From NCBI GenBank assembly GCA_023665085.1, contig JAMPEQ010000006.1, forward strand, positions 79,495-143,494: a stretch of DNA of 64,000 bases, read 5' to 3'. Below the pieces are notes generated by a model. It did no database searches. It was not told the origin of the DNA and worked only from the letters and a program-made list of their open reading frames with translations. This document shows positions 8,656 to 18,691 of this stretch, one piece after another. A program made the translations under genes and the position numbers. This stretch comes from Bacteroides sp. (lineage in GTDB: Bacteria; Bacillota; Clostridia; Oscillospirales; Acutalibacteraceae). Position 1 is the stretch's first letter, and every line of letters starts with the position of its first letter.

Positions 8656-10131
8656 ATGAATAACAGTATATACAGTGATATATCCAAAAGAACAAATGGT
8701 GATATTTACATTGGTGTTGTAGGTCCTGTAAGAACAGGTAAATCTACTTTTATAAAAAAATTTATGGACACAATGGTGCTTCCGAATATTGCTGACAGCT
8801 TTGCAAAGGAACGTGCTAAGGATGAACTGCCTCAATCAGCTGCTGGAAAAACTATTATGACAACTGAGCCGAAATTTATTCCTGAAGAAGCTGTTGAACT
8901 TTCCATGGAAAATAATATCAATATGCGTGTCAGAATGATTGACTGTGTAGGATATATTGTTCCAAGCTCTGTGGGATATATTGAGGAAGAGCAACCCAGA
9001 ATGGTTATGACTCCATGGTATGATGAGGAAATTCCTTTCAATATGGCAGCAGAAATAGGAACAAAAAAGGTTATTACAGAGCATTCCACAATAGGTCTTG
9101 TTATAACTACCGATGGTTCAATAAGCTCAATTCCGCGTGATGAGTATGAGGAGGCTGAGCAAAGAGTAATTGAAGAATTAAGAGAGCTTGATAAACCCTT
9201 TGTTGTTCTTATGAACTGTATTGAGCCTAAAAATCCTTCAACAGTGGCACTTTGCCAAAAACTGACTGATGACTACAAAGTTCCTGTAATTCCTGTAAAT
9301 TGTCTTGAACTGACAGAAGAAGAGATTACGGATATTTTATCGGATATTTTATACGAATTTCCATTGTCAGATATTAAGATTTCCTATCCTTCATGGATAA
9401 ATGGGCTTGAAAGTGATAATTATCTTAAGCATTCCATTTTCAGCAGCGTAAGAGAAAATACTTCAGTTCTCAGCAATATAAGAAGCGCAGCTGATTTTGC
9501 GGGCGGTGTTGAATCAAATGAATACATTGAATCAGTTAGTATAAATTCACTTGATCTGTCAACAGGTTCAATCAGCATTAAATTTTATATTGATAATTCT
9601 CATTTTTATAAAATTCTTTCAGACTCATGCAGTGTTGATATTGAAGATGAAAAAGACCTTATGAACAGATTTATTGAATTGATGAATATGAAGAAAGAGT
9701 ATGAGAGATTCAACAAGGCACTCAAGGAGGTTGAAGAAACAGGATACGGAATAGTTATGCCTGAAATTACGGATCTTTCACTAAGTGAGCCTGAAATTAT
9801 GAAGCAGGGCGGAAGATATGGTGTGAGATTAAAGGCTCAAGCTCCGTCAATTCATATGATAAAATGCAATACGCAAACAGAGGTTGCACCGATTGTCGGC
9901 AGTGAAAGTCAGAGTCAGGATCTGGTTATGTATCTGCTGAAAGAATTTGAAGAAAATCCTGCTGATATCTGGAATACAAATATATTCGGAAAATCTCTCC
10001 ATGAGCTTGTCAATGAAGGACTTAACAATAAGCTATATCGTATGCCTATTGACGCCAGAAATAAATTCAGAGAAACTATAGAGAGAGTTATAAATGAAGG
10101 CTGTAACGGCTTGATTTGCATTATATTGTAG
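8656..10131 (+). CDS. spoIVA: stage IV sporulation protein A (coat basement-layer ATPase)
   Basis: N-terminus DIYIGVVGPVRTGKSTFIKKFMD..VLPNI matches the SpoIVA Walker-A region. Length is about 490 aa. GAGGTGA ribosome-binding site precedes ATG 8656; the track start at 8647 is GTG. Confidence 0.85.
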   Translation: MNNSIYSDISKRTNGDIYIGVVGPVRTGKSTFIKKFMDTMVLPNIADSFAKERAKDELPQSAAGKTIMTTEPKFIPEEAVELSMENNINMRVRMIDCVGYIVPSSVGYIEEEQPRMVMTPWYDEEIPFNMAAEIGTKKVITEHSTIGLVITTDGSISSIPRDEYEEAEQRVIEELRELDKPFVVLMNCIEPKNPSTVALCQKLTDDYKVPVIPVNCLELTEEEITDILSDILYEFPLSDIKISYPSWINGLESDNYLKHSIFSSVRENTSVLSNIRSAADFAGGVESNEYIESVSINSLDLSTGSISIKFYIDNSHFYKILSDSCSVDIEDEKDLMNRFIELMNMKKEYERFNKALKEVEETGYGIVMPEITDLSLSEPEIMKQGGRYGVRLKAQAPSIHMIKCNTQTEVAPIVGSESQSQDLVMYLLKEFEENPADIWNTNIFGKSLHELVNEGLNNKLYRMPIDARNKFRETIERVINEGCNGLICIIL

Positions 10132-10136
10132 AGATA

Positions 10137-10179
10137 AAAAGACCGCATCTGAACTTTTATAGCTCAAGTTGCGGTCTTT
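10137..10179 (-). terminator. hairpin terminator downstream of the DUF1294 gene (minus strand)
   Basis: AAAGACCGC ... GCGGTCTTT stem preceded on the + strand by an A-run, which is the T-run on the minus strand. Confidence 0.4.
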
Positions 10180-10451
10180 AAAATGAATATAATTATTGTT
10201 ACAAGATGAAAGAATACTTCTAACGGCAGTCCTATCATAAATTTTTTGTGCCTTGTTTTATGATGAATTTTTTTCATTGTTATATACTCTGCTGCTGCAC
10301 CGCCGAACAGCCCCAACAGCATTAAAGTTTTTTCAGGAATTCTTTGCTTATTGCTTATAGCTCTTTTCTTGTCAGAAAACGCAGTCAACGAAGAAATAAG
10401 ACTTATTACTGAAAAATATATCAAAGTACCTAAAATAATATATTTATTCAT
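10164..10451 (-). CDS. DUF1294-family small membrane protein
   Basis: RIPEKTLMLLGLFGGAAAEYITMKKIHHKTRHKKF matches the DUF1294 signature. Two TM helices. Confidence 0.55.
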   Translation of the reverse strand: MNKYIILGTLIYFSVISLISSLTAFSDKKRAISNKQRIPEKTLMLLGLFGGAAAEYITMKKIHHKTRHKKFMIGLPLEVFFHLVTIIIFILKTAT

Positions 10452-10743
10452 TGCTTGTTTTGAAAGCCTTTAATTCTGTTAAGTCCGTATCGGTGACAGC
10501 AAACTTATTTCCAGCTTTAAATTCATCACCCTTTTGCTGATCGACAGTGAAAATTCCTGCACATTCAGGACAAACCAAAAAATAAACTGTATTACAGTCA
10601 AGCAGCGTTATTTTTGGTGCTAAACGTCTTTCAAAATTAGAAAACATTCCGAATTTAACAGTTTTTTTACACTTAGGACAAATAGTTTCAAGTGTTTCTC
10701 CTCGTGATTTAATTTTTAAAGAGTTGCCAAGTCTGTATTCCAT
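10444..10743 (-). CDS. zinc-ribbon hypothetical protein
   Basis: Two CxxC pairs (CPKC ... CPEC). The likely start is MEYRLG; the track N-terminus is probably an extension. Confidence 0.4.
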   Translation of the reverse strand: MEYRLGNSLKIKSRGETLETICPKCKKTVKFGMFSNFERRLAPKITLLDCNTVYFLVCPECAGIFTVDQQKGDEFKAGNKFAVTDTDLTELKAFKTSNE

Positions 10744-10788
10744 AATTATCACCAACTGTATTTTACTATAAATTAAGGATGTGTTCAA

Positions 10789-11961
10789 GTGTATAAAAAA
10801 ATATTTTTATCGTTATTATCATTATTATTGATTTTTTCATTAAGCGCCTGCAGTATTACTGCTCAGCCAAGTAAGGCTGATGATAACAAGTTTGTTAAAT
10901 CGGTATGGATTGCATTTTATGAGCTGAGTACATTCACAAAGGATAATGATGAAAAAGAATTTTCAAAAAAAATCAGTGAAGCTTTTAAAAATCTCAGTAA
11001 AGAAGGTTTTAACAGAGTTACTGTTCAGGTACGTCCATTTGCAGATGCATTTTATAATTCCTCATATTTCCCTGTTAGCTCATATTGCTTTGGTAATCAG
11101 GGTGATGAGCTGAAATATGATCCTTTGAATATAATGGTTGATACTGCACATAAATATAAGCTCGAAATAGAAGCGTGGATTAATCCGTACAGAGTAAGCA
11201 ACACAACAGATTTTGATGAGCTTAGCGAAAAAAACATTGCAGTTCAATGGAAAAATACAGATAATCTGATTGTATGTGACAGTGGAATTTACTTTAATCC
11301 CGCATCAGATGAAGTGAACGAATTAATTATAAACGGTGTTAAAGAAATTTTAGAAAATTATGATGTGGATTCCATTTGCTTTGATGATTATTTTTATCCT
11401 TCAGCCGATAAGAAAATAGATAATAATTCTTATAAAGAATATAAAAATAATGGAGGAGATTTAACTCTTGATGACTGGCGGAGAAGTAATGTAAACAAAA
11501 TGATAAAAAGTGTTTACAAGGCAGTAAAATCAAGTGAAAGGGATATTACTTTCGGAATAAGTCCGGCTGCTAACATCGAAAATGATTATGAGGCTTTATA
11601 TGCAGATGTTCAGCTGTGGAGCACGAAAAAGGGATATGTAGATTATATTTGCCCTCAAATATATTTTGGATTTCAAAATGAAAATCAGCCATTCATGAAA
11701 ACCGCTAAAAGCTGGCTGGAAATGGCTGATTGTGATTGTTATGTTGCACTGCCTCTTTATAAGCAGGGCTTAGAAGATGAATTTGCAGGGGAGACAGGTA
11801 AAAAAGAATTTATTGAAAATAATAATATTGTCGCAAGACAGTTTACATATCTTACCAAGCTTGACGGAATTAAAGGTGTGTATATTTTTTCGTACAGCTC
11901 ACTGGGTGAAAATGATGAAAGCATAAATCTTTATTCGGCTATACAGAATTCCTCACAGTAG
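10789..11961 (+). CDS. GHL10 (DUF187/YngK-like) glycoside-hydrolase-like lipoprotein
   Basis: Lipoprotein signal (LSAC lipobox). TIM-barrel GHL10 signatures (VWIAFYEL, FDDYFYP). GTG start. Confidence 0.55.
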   Translation: MYKKIFLSLLSLLLIFSLSACSITAQPSKADDNKFVKSVWIAFYELSTFTKDNDEKEFSKKISEAFKNLSKEGFNRVTVQVRPFADAFYNSSYFPVSSYCFGNQGDELKYDPLNIMVDTAHKYKLEIEAWINPYRVSNTTDFDELSEKNIAVQWKNTDNLIVCDSGIYFNPASDEVNELIINGVKEILENYDVDSICFDDYFYPSADKKIDNNSYKEYKNNGGDLTLDDWRRSNVNKMIKSVYKAVKSSERDITFGISPAANIENDYEALYADVQLWSTKKGYVDYICPQIYFGFQNENQPFMKTAKSWLEMADCDCYVALPLYKQGLEDEFAGETGKKEFIENNNIVARQFTYLTKLDGIKGVYIFSYSSLGENDESINLYSAIQNSSQ

Positions 11962-13214
11962 TCTTTTATAACAACTTTTTTTGTACATCCGATAAGATTG
12001 TCTTTTGATGTATATTGTACCGGAAGATAGCCTTTTGTGTAGCCTTGATATGTATTTTTATCAACTTGGCTTTCAAAGAGTATTTCAACTTCCTTTCCGA
12101 CAAGATTTTTCAGATAATTATTTCGGATTTTTTCGGTTTCTTTTATCATTATGAATGCACGCTTTTCTTTTTCCTGCCTGCTGACACTGTCGCCTTTTTT
12201 TGATGCTGCAGTGCCTGTACGTTCACTGTATGGAAAAACGTGTACTTTTTCAAATTTTATATCTTTTACAAACTGAAGACTTTCAATGAAATCCTCTTCA
12301 TTTTCCTGATTGAAGCCAACCATAATATCAGTTGTTATTGAAGCGTTATTAAAAGTATTTCTTAACTTGCTGCACAGTTCTTTATATTCCTCTGCAGTAT
12401 AATGTCTGTTCATATTTTTTAGTGTTTTATTGCACCCGCTTTGCAGTGAAATATGAAATTGCGGACAGAATTTGTTAATTTTGGATAATCTGTCAATAAT
12501 ATCATCAGTGATGTGATCAGGTTCAAGAGAGCCTAATCTTACTCTGGTGATATTTTGATTATCAGCACATATTTTTACTGCATCGACTAAATCAAAGTCC
12601 TCGCCTTTGCCATATGCAGAAAGATTAATGCCCACCAGTACAATTTCTTTGATACCGTTATCAGCTAAATTCTCTATCTCGCTTTTTAGTGCTTCCAAGG
12701 ATTTTGATCTTACTCTGCCTCTTGATTTAGGTATTATACAGTAAGAACAAAATCTGTCACATCCGTCTTCAATTTTTACAAATGCTCGTATTCTTTCATT
12801 GAATTTTGTTATTGAACAGTCCCAGAAAGAGTCACCGCTTTTATGCTCGTCAATGCTTATAATTCTGTTTTTGCTTATCTGGTGCTGATTAATTAAGCTG
12901 AGTAAATCACCGTCATTTTTGTTTGATAAAATAATATCTGCCTCAGCAAGCTCTTTTGCTTCTTTTGGAAAAGCCTGCGGCATACAGCCTGTTAAAATTA
13001 TTGAAGAATCAGGGTGTTTTCTTTTAAATTTTCTAACATTTTGTCTGGTCTTTTGATCTGCTGTAGCGGTTACAGTACATGAGTTAATTATATAGTAGTC
13101 AGCGTCTTCATTTGTTGATACAATTTCAAAGCCTGCATTTTTTAACAGCTCACTCATATATTCAGTTTCGTATTGGTTGACCTTGCAGCCAAGTGTGTAA
13201 AATGCAGCTTTCAT
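11931..13214 (-). CDS. mtaB: MiaB-like tRNA methylthiotransferase MtaB (radical SAM)
   Basis: N-terminal MTTase Cys triad (CKVNQYE, C, C), radical-SAM CDRFCSYC and a C-terminal TRAM-like region. Likely start is MKAAFYTLGC. Confidence 0.7.
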   Translation of the reverse strand: MKAAFYTLGCKVNQYETEYMSELLKNAGFEIVSTNEDADYYIINSCTVTATADQKTRQNVRKFKRKHPDSSIILTGCMPQAFPKEAKELAEADIILSNKNDGDLLSLINQHQISKNRIISIDEHKSGDSFWDCSITKFNERIRAFVKIEDGCDRFCSYCIIPKSRGRVRSKSLEALKSEIENLADNGIKEIVLVGINLSAYGKGEDFDLVDAVKICADNQNITRVRLGSLEPDHITDDIIDRLSKINKFCPQFHISLQSGCNKTLKNMNRHYTAEEYKELCSKLRNTFNNASITTDIMVGFNQENEEDFIESLQFVKDIKFEKVHVFPYSERTGTAASKKGDSVSRQEKEKRAFIMIKETEKIRNNYLKNLVGKEVEILFESQVDKNTYQGYTKGYLPVQYTSKDNLIGCTKKVVIKDYCEEFCIAE

Positions 13215-13346
13215 TGTATTCCTCCGAAATGTTTTTTTATGATTATACCAAACAATTGTAATCATTACAATATTTTATGAGTATTATTTTATTGATGTCA
13301 AATCAAACAAATTGCTCTTTATGAGCAGAAAGGTAATGAGATTTAT

Positions 13347-14486
13347 ATGAAAAAGTTTTTAGCTTTTATCTTGTCACTATCCATGGTGATTGTAGTTCCT
13401 GCACAGATTGTTTATGCTAAGGATAATAAAAAATCAGAACCTACTGCCAAGTCAAGCGTTCTAATGTGCCTTGAAACAGGGGATGTTATAAAAGAAAATA
13501 ATTCGCATGAAAGACTTTCTCCTGCATCTGTTACAAAAATTATGAGCATTCTTCTAATTATAGAGTCAATTGATTCAGGCAAAATTAAACTTGACGATAT
13601 GGTATCTGCCAGCGAAAATGCGGTATCAAAAGGCGGCTCTCAGATATGGCTTGAGGTTGGAGAGAAAATGAGTGTTAATGATCTTCTCAAAGCTGTTATA
13701 ATCGCCTCAGCAAATGATGCATGCACACTTTTGGGAGAGTACATTGCAGGCAGCGATTCAGCTTTTGTGGATATGATGAATAAAAAGTGCAGGGAGCTTG
13801 GACTTAAAGATACTAATTTTGAAAACTGCACAGGACTTGATGATGAAGTGACAAATCATTATTCAAGCGCATATGATTTGGCTGTTATTGCTCGTGAGGT
13901 TATGAAGCATGATTTAGTAACAGAATATTCAACTGTATGGTTGGACAGCCTGAGAAATGGTGAAACAGAATTGAATAACACTAATAAGCTTGTAAATACT
14001 TACAGCGGAATAACAGGATTAAAAACAGGTACAACTTCAAATGCCGGTTTTTGCTTATGTGCAACAGCTAAAAGAGATAATATGGGCCTTGTTTCCGTAG
14101 TACTAGGTGCAGATAACAGTGAGGACAGATTTAGTTTGTCTTCACAGCTTCTTGATTATGGTTTTGCAAATTATAAGCTCGAAAAGTTGAATGTTGATAA
14201 AAAGAAAATTAAATCAGTCAAGGTAAAAAATGGTGTTATAAAAAGCATTAAACCTGCTGTTTCTAACCAGGAATATGTGTTAATGGAAAAATCCTCTTCA
14301 GAAGTAACATGCAAGTATAATGCAAAAAAAGAGCTTCATGCACCTGTAAAAAAAGGAGATAAAATAGGAGAGATTGTTTACTATAGTGACAGTAAAAAAA
14401 TTGCATCAATCAGCCTGAATGCAGACTGTGATATAAAGAAAACCTCATTTTCATATATTTTAAAGCAATTATTCAAATATATGTAA
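13347..14486 (+). CDS. D-alanyl-D-alanine carboxypeptidase (PBP5 family, DacF/DacB-like)
   Basis: Signal peptide, SxxK (SPASVTKIM), SxN and KTG motifs, and a C-terminal PBP5 beta-sandwich domain. Confidence 0.75.
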   Translation: MKKFLAFILSLSMVIVVPAQIVYAKDNKKSEPTAKSSVLMCLETGDVIKENNSHERLSPASVTKIMSILLIIESIDSGKIKLDDMVSASENAVSKGGSQIWLEVGEKMSVNDLLKAVIIASANDACTLLGEYIAGSDSAFVDMMNKKCRELGLKDTNFENCTGLDDEVTNHYSSAYDLAVIAREVMKHDLVTEYSTVWLDSLRNGETELNNTNKLVNTYSGITGLKTGTTSNAGFCLCATAKRDNMGLVSVVLGADNSEDRFSLSSQLLDYGFANYKLEKLNVDKKKIKSVKVKNGVIKSIKPAVSNQEYVLMEKSSSEVTCKYNAKKELHAPVKKGDKIGEIVYYSDSKKIASISLNADCDIKKTSFSYILKQLFKYM

Positions 14487-14493
14487 AAATATA

Positions 14494-14522
14494 TTGAATA
14501 TTTTTGTAAAATAGTGTAATAT
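14494..14522 (+). promoter_or_regulatory. sigma-A type promoter for pgi
   Basis: TTGAAT-17 bp-TAATAT upstream of the pgi ribosome-binding site. Confidence 0.4.
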
Positions 14523-14573
14523 ATTCACTTGGTAAATGAAATTACCTATTATTTTAGGAAATAAGGTGAAAAA

Positions 14574-15920
14574 ATGTCAATGAAATTTATATCAACTCAT
14601 TCAGAAAGCATTGTTACTGCTGATGACATTAAGGCATTAGAATCACAGGCGGTTGACGCTTTGGATACTCTTCATAATAAGACAGGAGAGGGTAATGACT
14701 TTCTTGGCTGGGTAAATCTTCCGACAGATTACGACAAGGAAGAGTTTGATAGAATAAAAAAGGCAAGTGAATATATTAAAGATAATGCTGATGTGCTTAT
14801 TGTTATCGGTATAGGCGGATCATATCTCGGTGCAAGAGCTGTTATAGAAGCTCTTAAGTCACCTAATTATAACTGTCTTAAAAAAGACACTCCTGATATC
14901 TATTTTATCGGCAATACAATCAGTCCTTCAATGGTTACTGAGCTTGTTTCAATTTGTGAGGATAAAGATATCTGCGTAAATGTTATCAGTAAGAGCGGTA
15001 CAACAACTGAGCCTGCTATTGCTTTCAGAATTTTCAGAGATCTTGTCTATAACAAGTATTCCGCTGAAGAGGCTTCAAAGAGAATTTTCTGTACTACTGA
15101 TAAAGCTAAAGGAACTCTTAAGTCTCTTGCAGATAAAGAAGGTTATGAAACATTTGTTGTTCCTGATGATGTAGGAGGCAGATACTCGGTTCTTACTGCA
15201 GTTGGTTTGCTTCCGATTGCAGTTGCAGGAATTGATATTGATAAACTTATGCTCGGTGCAAGAAATGCGCAGGAAGCCCTTAATGCTAAGTCAACTGATG
15301 AAAATCCTGTTCTCAAATATGCGGCAATCAGAAATGCTTTTTACAATAAGGGCAAAAAGCTTGAGTGCTTTGTTTCATATGAACCTTGCATGGCAATGTT
15401 CAATGAATGGCTTAAACAGCTTTTCGGCGAAAGTGAAGGTAAAGACGGAAAAGGCTTATTCCCTGTATCATGCGTATTTTCAACTGATCTTCATTCACTT
15501 GGTCAGTATATTCAGGAGAGCGGCGGAAACTTAATGTTTGAAACAGTAGTTAAGTTTAATAAACCTCATGATGATTTTATGATTACTGAGCAGGAGGGCA
15601 ATATCGACGGTCTTAACTTCCTTGCAGGAAAAACTATGAGCTTTGTAAATGAAAAGGCAAGAGAAGGCACTCTGCTTGCTCATACAGACGGCGGTGTTGG
15701 CAATCTTGTTATTGAATGCGATGCAATAAGTGAAGAAGAAATAGGTTATCTTATTTATTTCTTTGAAAAGGTTTGTGCAGTTTCAGGTTACATTCTCGGC
15801 GTAAATCCTTTCAATCAGCCAGGTGTTGAGAGTTATAAAAAGAATATGTTTGCATTGCTTGGTAAGCCGGGTTATGAAAAGGAAAAAGAAACTCTTGAAA
15901 AACGCCTTGGTATATGTTAA
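14574..15920 (+). CDS. pgi: glucose-6-phosphate isomerase
   Basis: Firmicutes-type PGI of about 450 aa, with [11 protein letters not shown] and other SIS-domain signatures. Confidence 0.85.
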   Translation: MSMKFISTHSESIVTADDIKALESQAVDALDTLHNKTGEGNDFLGWVNLPTDYDKEEFDRIKKASEYIKDNADVLIVIGIGGSYLGARAVIEALKSPNYNCLKKDTPDIYFIGNTISPSMVTELVSICEDKDICVNVISKSGTTTEPAIAFRIFRDLVYNKYSAEEASKRIFCTTDKAKGTLKSLADKEGYETFVVPDDVGGRYSVLTAVGLLPIAVAGIDIDKLMLGARNAQEALNAKSTDENPVLKYAAIRNAFYNKGKKLECFVSYEPCMAMFNEWLKQLFGESEGKDGKGLFPVSCVFSTDLHSLGQYIQESGGNLMFETVVKFNKPHDDFMITEQEGNIDGLNFLAGKTMSFVNEKAREGTLLAHTDGGVGNLVIECDAISEEEIGYLIYFFEKVCAVSGYILGVNPFNQPGVESYKKNMFALLGKPGYEKEKETLEKRLGIC

Positions 15921-15959
15921 TATGTAACTGTAAATAAATCACCTTTGGAGGAATTATAT

Positions 15960-16376
15960 ATGATTAAACTTATCATAGGCAATAAAGGCGCAGGTAAGAC
16001 AAAAAAATTAATCGAATTAGTAAATTCTTGTGTAGAGGCTTCAGACGGTAATGTTGTATGTATCGAAAAAGAGCCTAAGCTCACATATGATATCGTTTCA
16101 AAAGCAAGACTTTTAGAAACAGATACTTATTTGATTAACGGTCATAAAGCATTTTATGGTTTTCTTGCAGGTATTTGTGCAGGTAACTATGATGTTACTG
16201 ATGTACTTGTAGATGCTACTTTCAAGATTGTAGGCAGAGATTATTCAAAGATGCCTCAGTTTTTTGAAATGCTTTCAGAGCTTTCAGAGGCTACTGATGT
16301 TAATTTCTATTTCACAATCAGCTGCGATAAAGAGGATCTTCCTGTTGAAATCTTTGATTATTGCGAAGAAATGTAA
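15960..16376 (+). CDS. small P-loop NTPase-like hypothetical protein
   Basis: Walker A GNKGAGKT near the N-terminus and an acidic C-terminus. GGAGG ribosome-binding site precedes ATG 15960; the track start is TTG. Confidence 0.45.
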   Translation: MIKLIIGNKGAGKTKKLIELVNSCVEASDGNVVCIEKEPKLTYDIVSKARLLETDTYLINGHKAFYGFLAGICAGNYDVTDVLVDATFKIVGRDYSKMPQFFEMLSELSEATDVNFYFTISCDKEDLPVEIFDYCEEM

Positions 16377-16386
16377 TTAAACCTTA

Positions 16387-16427
16387 AAAGCCGTTGTTTA
16401 ACAACGGCTTTTATTTTTCTTATTTTA
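16387..16427 (+). terminator. rho-independent terminator
   Basis: AAGCCGTTGTT-TAA-ACAACGGCTT stem followed by a T-run. Confidence 0.7.
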
Positions 16428-16516
16428 GTACAGCAGTCGTACTATTTTTAATGCTTTTATTTTTATGTTTTACATCATAATTAATCTTTTTATTACTTTA
16501 TTTTTTTATTTTTCTA

Positions 16517-16545
16517 TTGACAAAGGTGCTTCTAATATATATAAT
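16517..16545 (+). promoter_or_regulatory. consensus sigma-A promoter of the yceD-rpmF operon
   Basis: TTGACA-17 bp-TATAAT, a perfect consensus, followed by a short leader hairpin and a GAGGTGA ribosome-binding site. Confidence 0.6.
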
Positions 16546-16584
16546 ACTTAAGTGCTTGTAGTGAAGCACGCTTGAGGTGATATT

Positions 16585-17076
16585 ATGAAAATAGACCTTA
16601 CAGGCTTGTTTAACGGAAGCAATAAAAAAGTTGATATTGACTATGCTCCTGATTTGTCTGTTTTTAACACTGAACTGCATGTTGAGAATGTTAAAGTGAT
16701 TGGTTGTCTCAATTCAAAGGCTGATGTAGTTTATTTGAATTTGGATATTTCTTTCACAGTTAACGGTGTGTGTGACAGATGCGCCGAGAAGGTGAAAAAA
16801 GATTATAGTGTAGCTGTCAACCGAATTGTTGTGGACGAATTGCAAAATGAGAATGACGATGATAATTATATTATTGTTCAAAACAGAGAACTTAATGTTG
16901 ACGAGCTTATTAATGAGGAAATCGTGCTCAGTATACCAAGCAAATTTCTTTGCAAGGAAGATTGTAAAGGGTTGTGTGCAGGTTGCGGCACAAATTTAAA
17001 TGTCAAAAATTGTGATTGCAAAAAAGAGGTTGATCCAAGGATGGCTGCTTTACTGCAATTGCTTGATGAAGATTAA
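16585..17076 (+). CDS. yceD: YceD/DUF177 family protein (large-subunit rRNA maturation, upstream of rpmF)
   Basis: DUF177 pattern with a C-terminal CxxC...CxxC cluster, and conserved position before L32. Confidence 0.65.
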   Translation: MKIDLTGLFNGSNKKVDIDYAPDLSVFNTELHVENVKVIGCLNSKADVVYLNLDISFTVNGVCDRCAEKVKKDYSVAVNRIVVDELQNENDDDNYIIVQNRELNVDELINEEIVLSIPSKFLCKEDCKGLCAGCGTNLNVKNCDCKKEVDPRMAALLQLLDED

Positions 17077-17105
17077 AATGCTTTTATATAAAGGAGGCTA
17101 TAAAA

Positions 17106-17291
17106 ATGGCAGTACCAGCAAGAAAAACATCTAAGGCAAGAAAGAATAAGAGAAGATCAAGTGTTTGGAAGATGGACGCTCCAACACTTGTAAAGTGCTC
17201 AAACTGCGGTGGCTATACAGTATCACATAGAGTATGTGGCAACTGTGGTTACTATAACGGTAAAGAAGTTATCAGCAAGGAAGAAGCATAA
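17106..17291 (+). CDS. rpmF: 50S ribosomal protein L32
   Basis: [18 protein letters not shown] with a CxxC...CxxC zinc ribbon; typical L32. Confidence 0.85.
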   Translation: MAVPARKTSKARKNKRRSSVWKMDAPTLVKCSNCGGYTVSHRVCGNCGYYNGKEVISKEEA

Positions 17292-17306
17292 TTATTTTAG
17301 AGTTAT

Positions 17307-17336
17307 GGCGGACTTTTGTCCGCCTTTCTTGTTATT
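17307..17336 (+). terminator. terminator/attenuator after rpmF
   Basis: GGCGGAC-TTTT-GTCCGCC stem followed by a T-rich tail. Confidence 0.6.
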
Positions 17337-17362
17337 ATAAAGATTTAATGTGAGGTGAGTTT

Positions 17363-18691
17363 ATGGCTAAACCTGTTGTTGCTGTAGTCGGCAGACCTAA
17401 TGTTGGCAAATCAACGTTGTTTAATAAATTAATCGGTTCAAGACTTTCTATTGTTGATGATACTCCCGGCGTTACAAGAGATAGGATTTATGGTGACTGT
17501 GAATGGCTTAATCATAAATTTTTACTTGTGGATACAGGTGGTATTGAACCTAATAATGACGATGTTATTTTAAGTCAGATGCGCACTCAGGCTGAAATTG
17601 CCATTGAAACTGCTGATGTTATTATCCTTGTAACTAATCTCCGTGACGGTGTTGTTGCAAGTGATCATGAAGTCGCTTCAATGCTTCAAAAGAGCGGTAA
17701 GCCTATATTACTTTGCGTTAATAAGTGTGACAGCATCGGTGCGCCTGATCCTGATTTTTATGAGTTTTACAATCTTGGTATTGGTGATCCTATTGCTGTT
17801 TCTGCAGCTCATGGCCACGGTACAGGTGATTTGCTTGATGAGGTTATAAAGTATTTTCCCGAGACTGCTGATGAAGAGGAAGATGATGAAATAATCAATG
17901 TTGCTGTAATTGGCAAGCCTAATGTAGGAAAATCATCATTAGTAAATAAAATAAGTGGTGAAAACAGAGCTATTGTTTCTGATATTGCGGGTACAACAAG
18001 AGATACTACAGATACTTTTGTTGAAAATAATCATGGCAAATTTAATATTATTGATACTGCAGGACTCAGAAGAAAAAGCAGGGTTAATGATGCTATTGAA
18101 AAATACAGTATTATTCGTGCAAGAATGGCAGTCGAAAGAGCAAATGTGTGCGTTATTATGATTGACGCTGTAGAAGGATTTACTGAGCAGGATTCAAAGG
18201 TAGCGGGAATTGCACTTGAACAGGGTAAGGCATGTATTATTGCTGTGAATAAGTGGGATGCTGTTGAAAAAGACGGCAATACAATGAATGAATACCGCAA
18301 AAAACTTATGAATGACTTTTCGTTTATGAGTTTTGCACCTATAATGTTTATTTCTGCAAAAACAGGGCAGAGAATTGACAGACTTTTTGAAATGATTGCT
18401 TTTGTTCATTCTCAGAATTCGATGAGAATTTCTACAGGTAAGCTTAATGAAGTCCTTGCAGGAGCAACAGCAAGAGTACAGCCGCCAACCGATAAGGGCA
18501 AACGACTGAAAATTTATTATATGACACAAGCTTCTACAAGACCGCCTACGTTTGTATTTTTTGTAAATAATTCTGAGCTTTTTCATTTTTCATATCAGAG
18601 ATATCTTGAAAATCAGATAAGAGAAATTTTTGGGCTTGACGGAACTCCTGTAAGATTTATAATCAGAGAAAGGGGAGACGACAAAAAATAA
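17363..18691 (+). CDS. der: GTPase Der (EngA), tandem GTP-binding domains
   Basis: Two G domains (GRPNVGKST and GKPNVGKSS) and a KH-like C-terminus. Confidence 0.85.
   Translation: MAKPVVAVVGRPNVGKSTLFNKLIGSRLSIVDDTPGVTRDRIYGDCEWLNHKFLLVDTGGIEPNNDDVILSQMRTQAEIAIETADVIILVTNLRDGVVASDHEVASMLQKSGKPILLCVNKCDSIGAPDPDFYEFYNLGIGDPIAVSAAHGHGTGDLLDEVIKYFPETADEEEDDEIINVAVIGKPNVGKSSLVNKISGENRAIVSDIAGTTRDTTDTFVENNHGKFNIIDTAGLRRKSRVNDAIEKYSIIRARMAVERANVCVIMIDAVEGFTEQDSKVAGIALEQGKACIIAVNKWDAVEKDGNTMNEYRKKLMNDFSFMSFAPIMFISAKTGQRIDRLFEMIAFVHSQNSMRISTGKLNEVLAGATARVQPPTDKGKRLKIYYMTQASTRPPTFVFFVNNSELFHFSYQRYLENQIREIFGLDGTPVRFIIRERGDDKK

Noticed and set aside
17643-18586. Several 60-130 aa ORFs inside and antisense to der, and similar internal ORFs in rsmB, rlmN, prkC, recA, addA/addB and others
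   Set aside because: They are fully embedded in high-confidence conserved genes, have low-complexity or Cys/Ser-rich random composition, and have no ribosome-binding sites.
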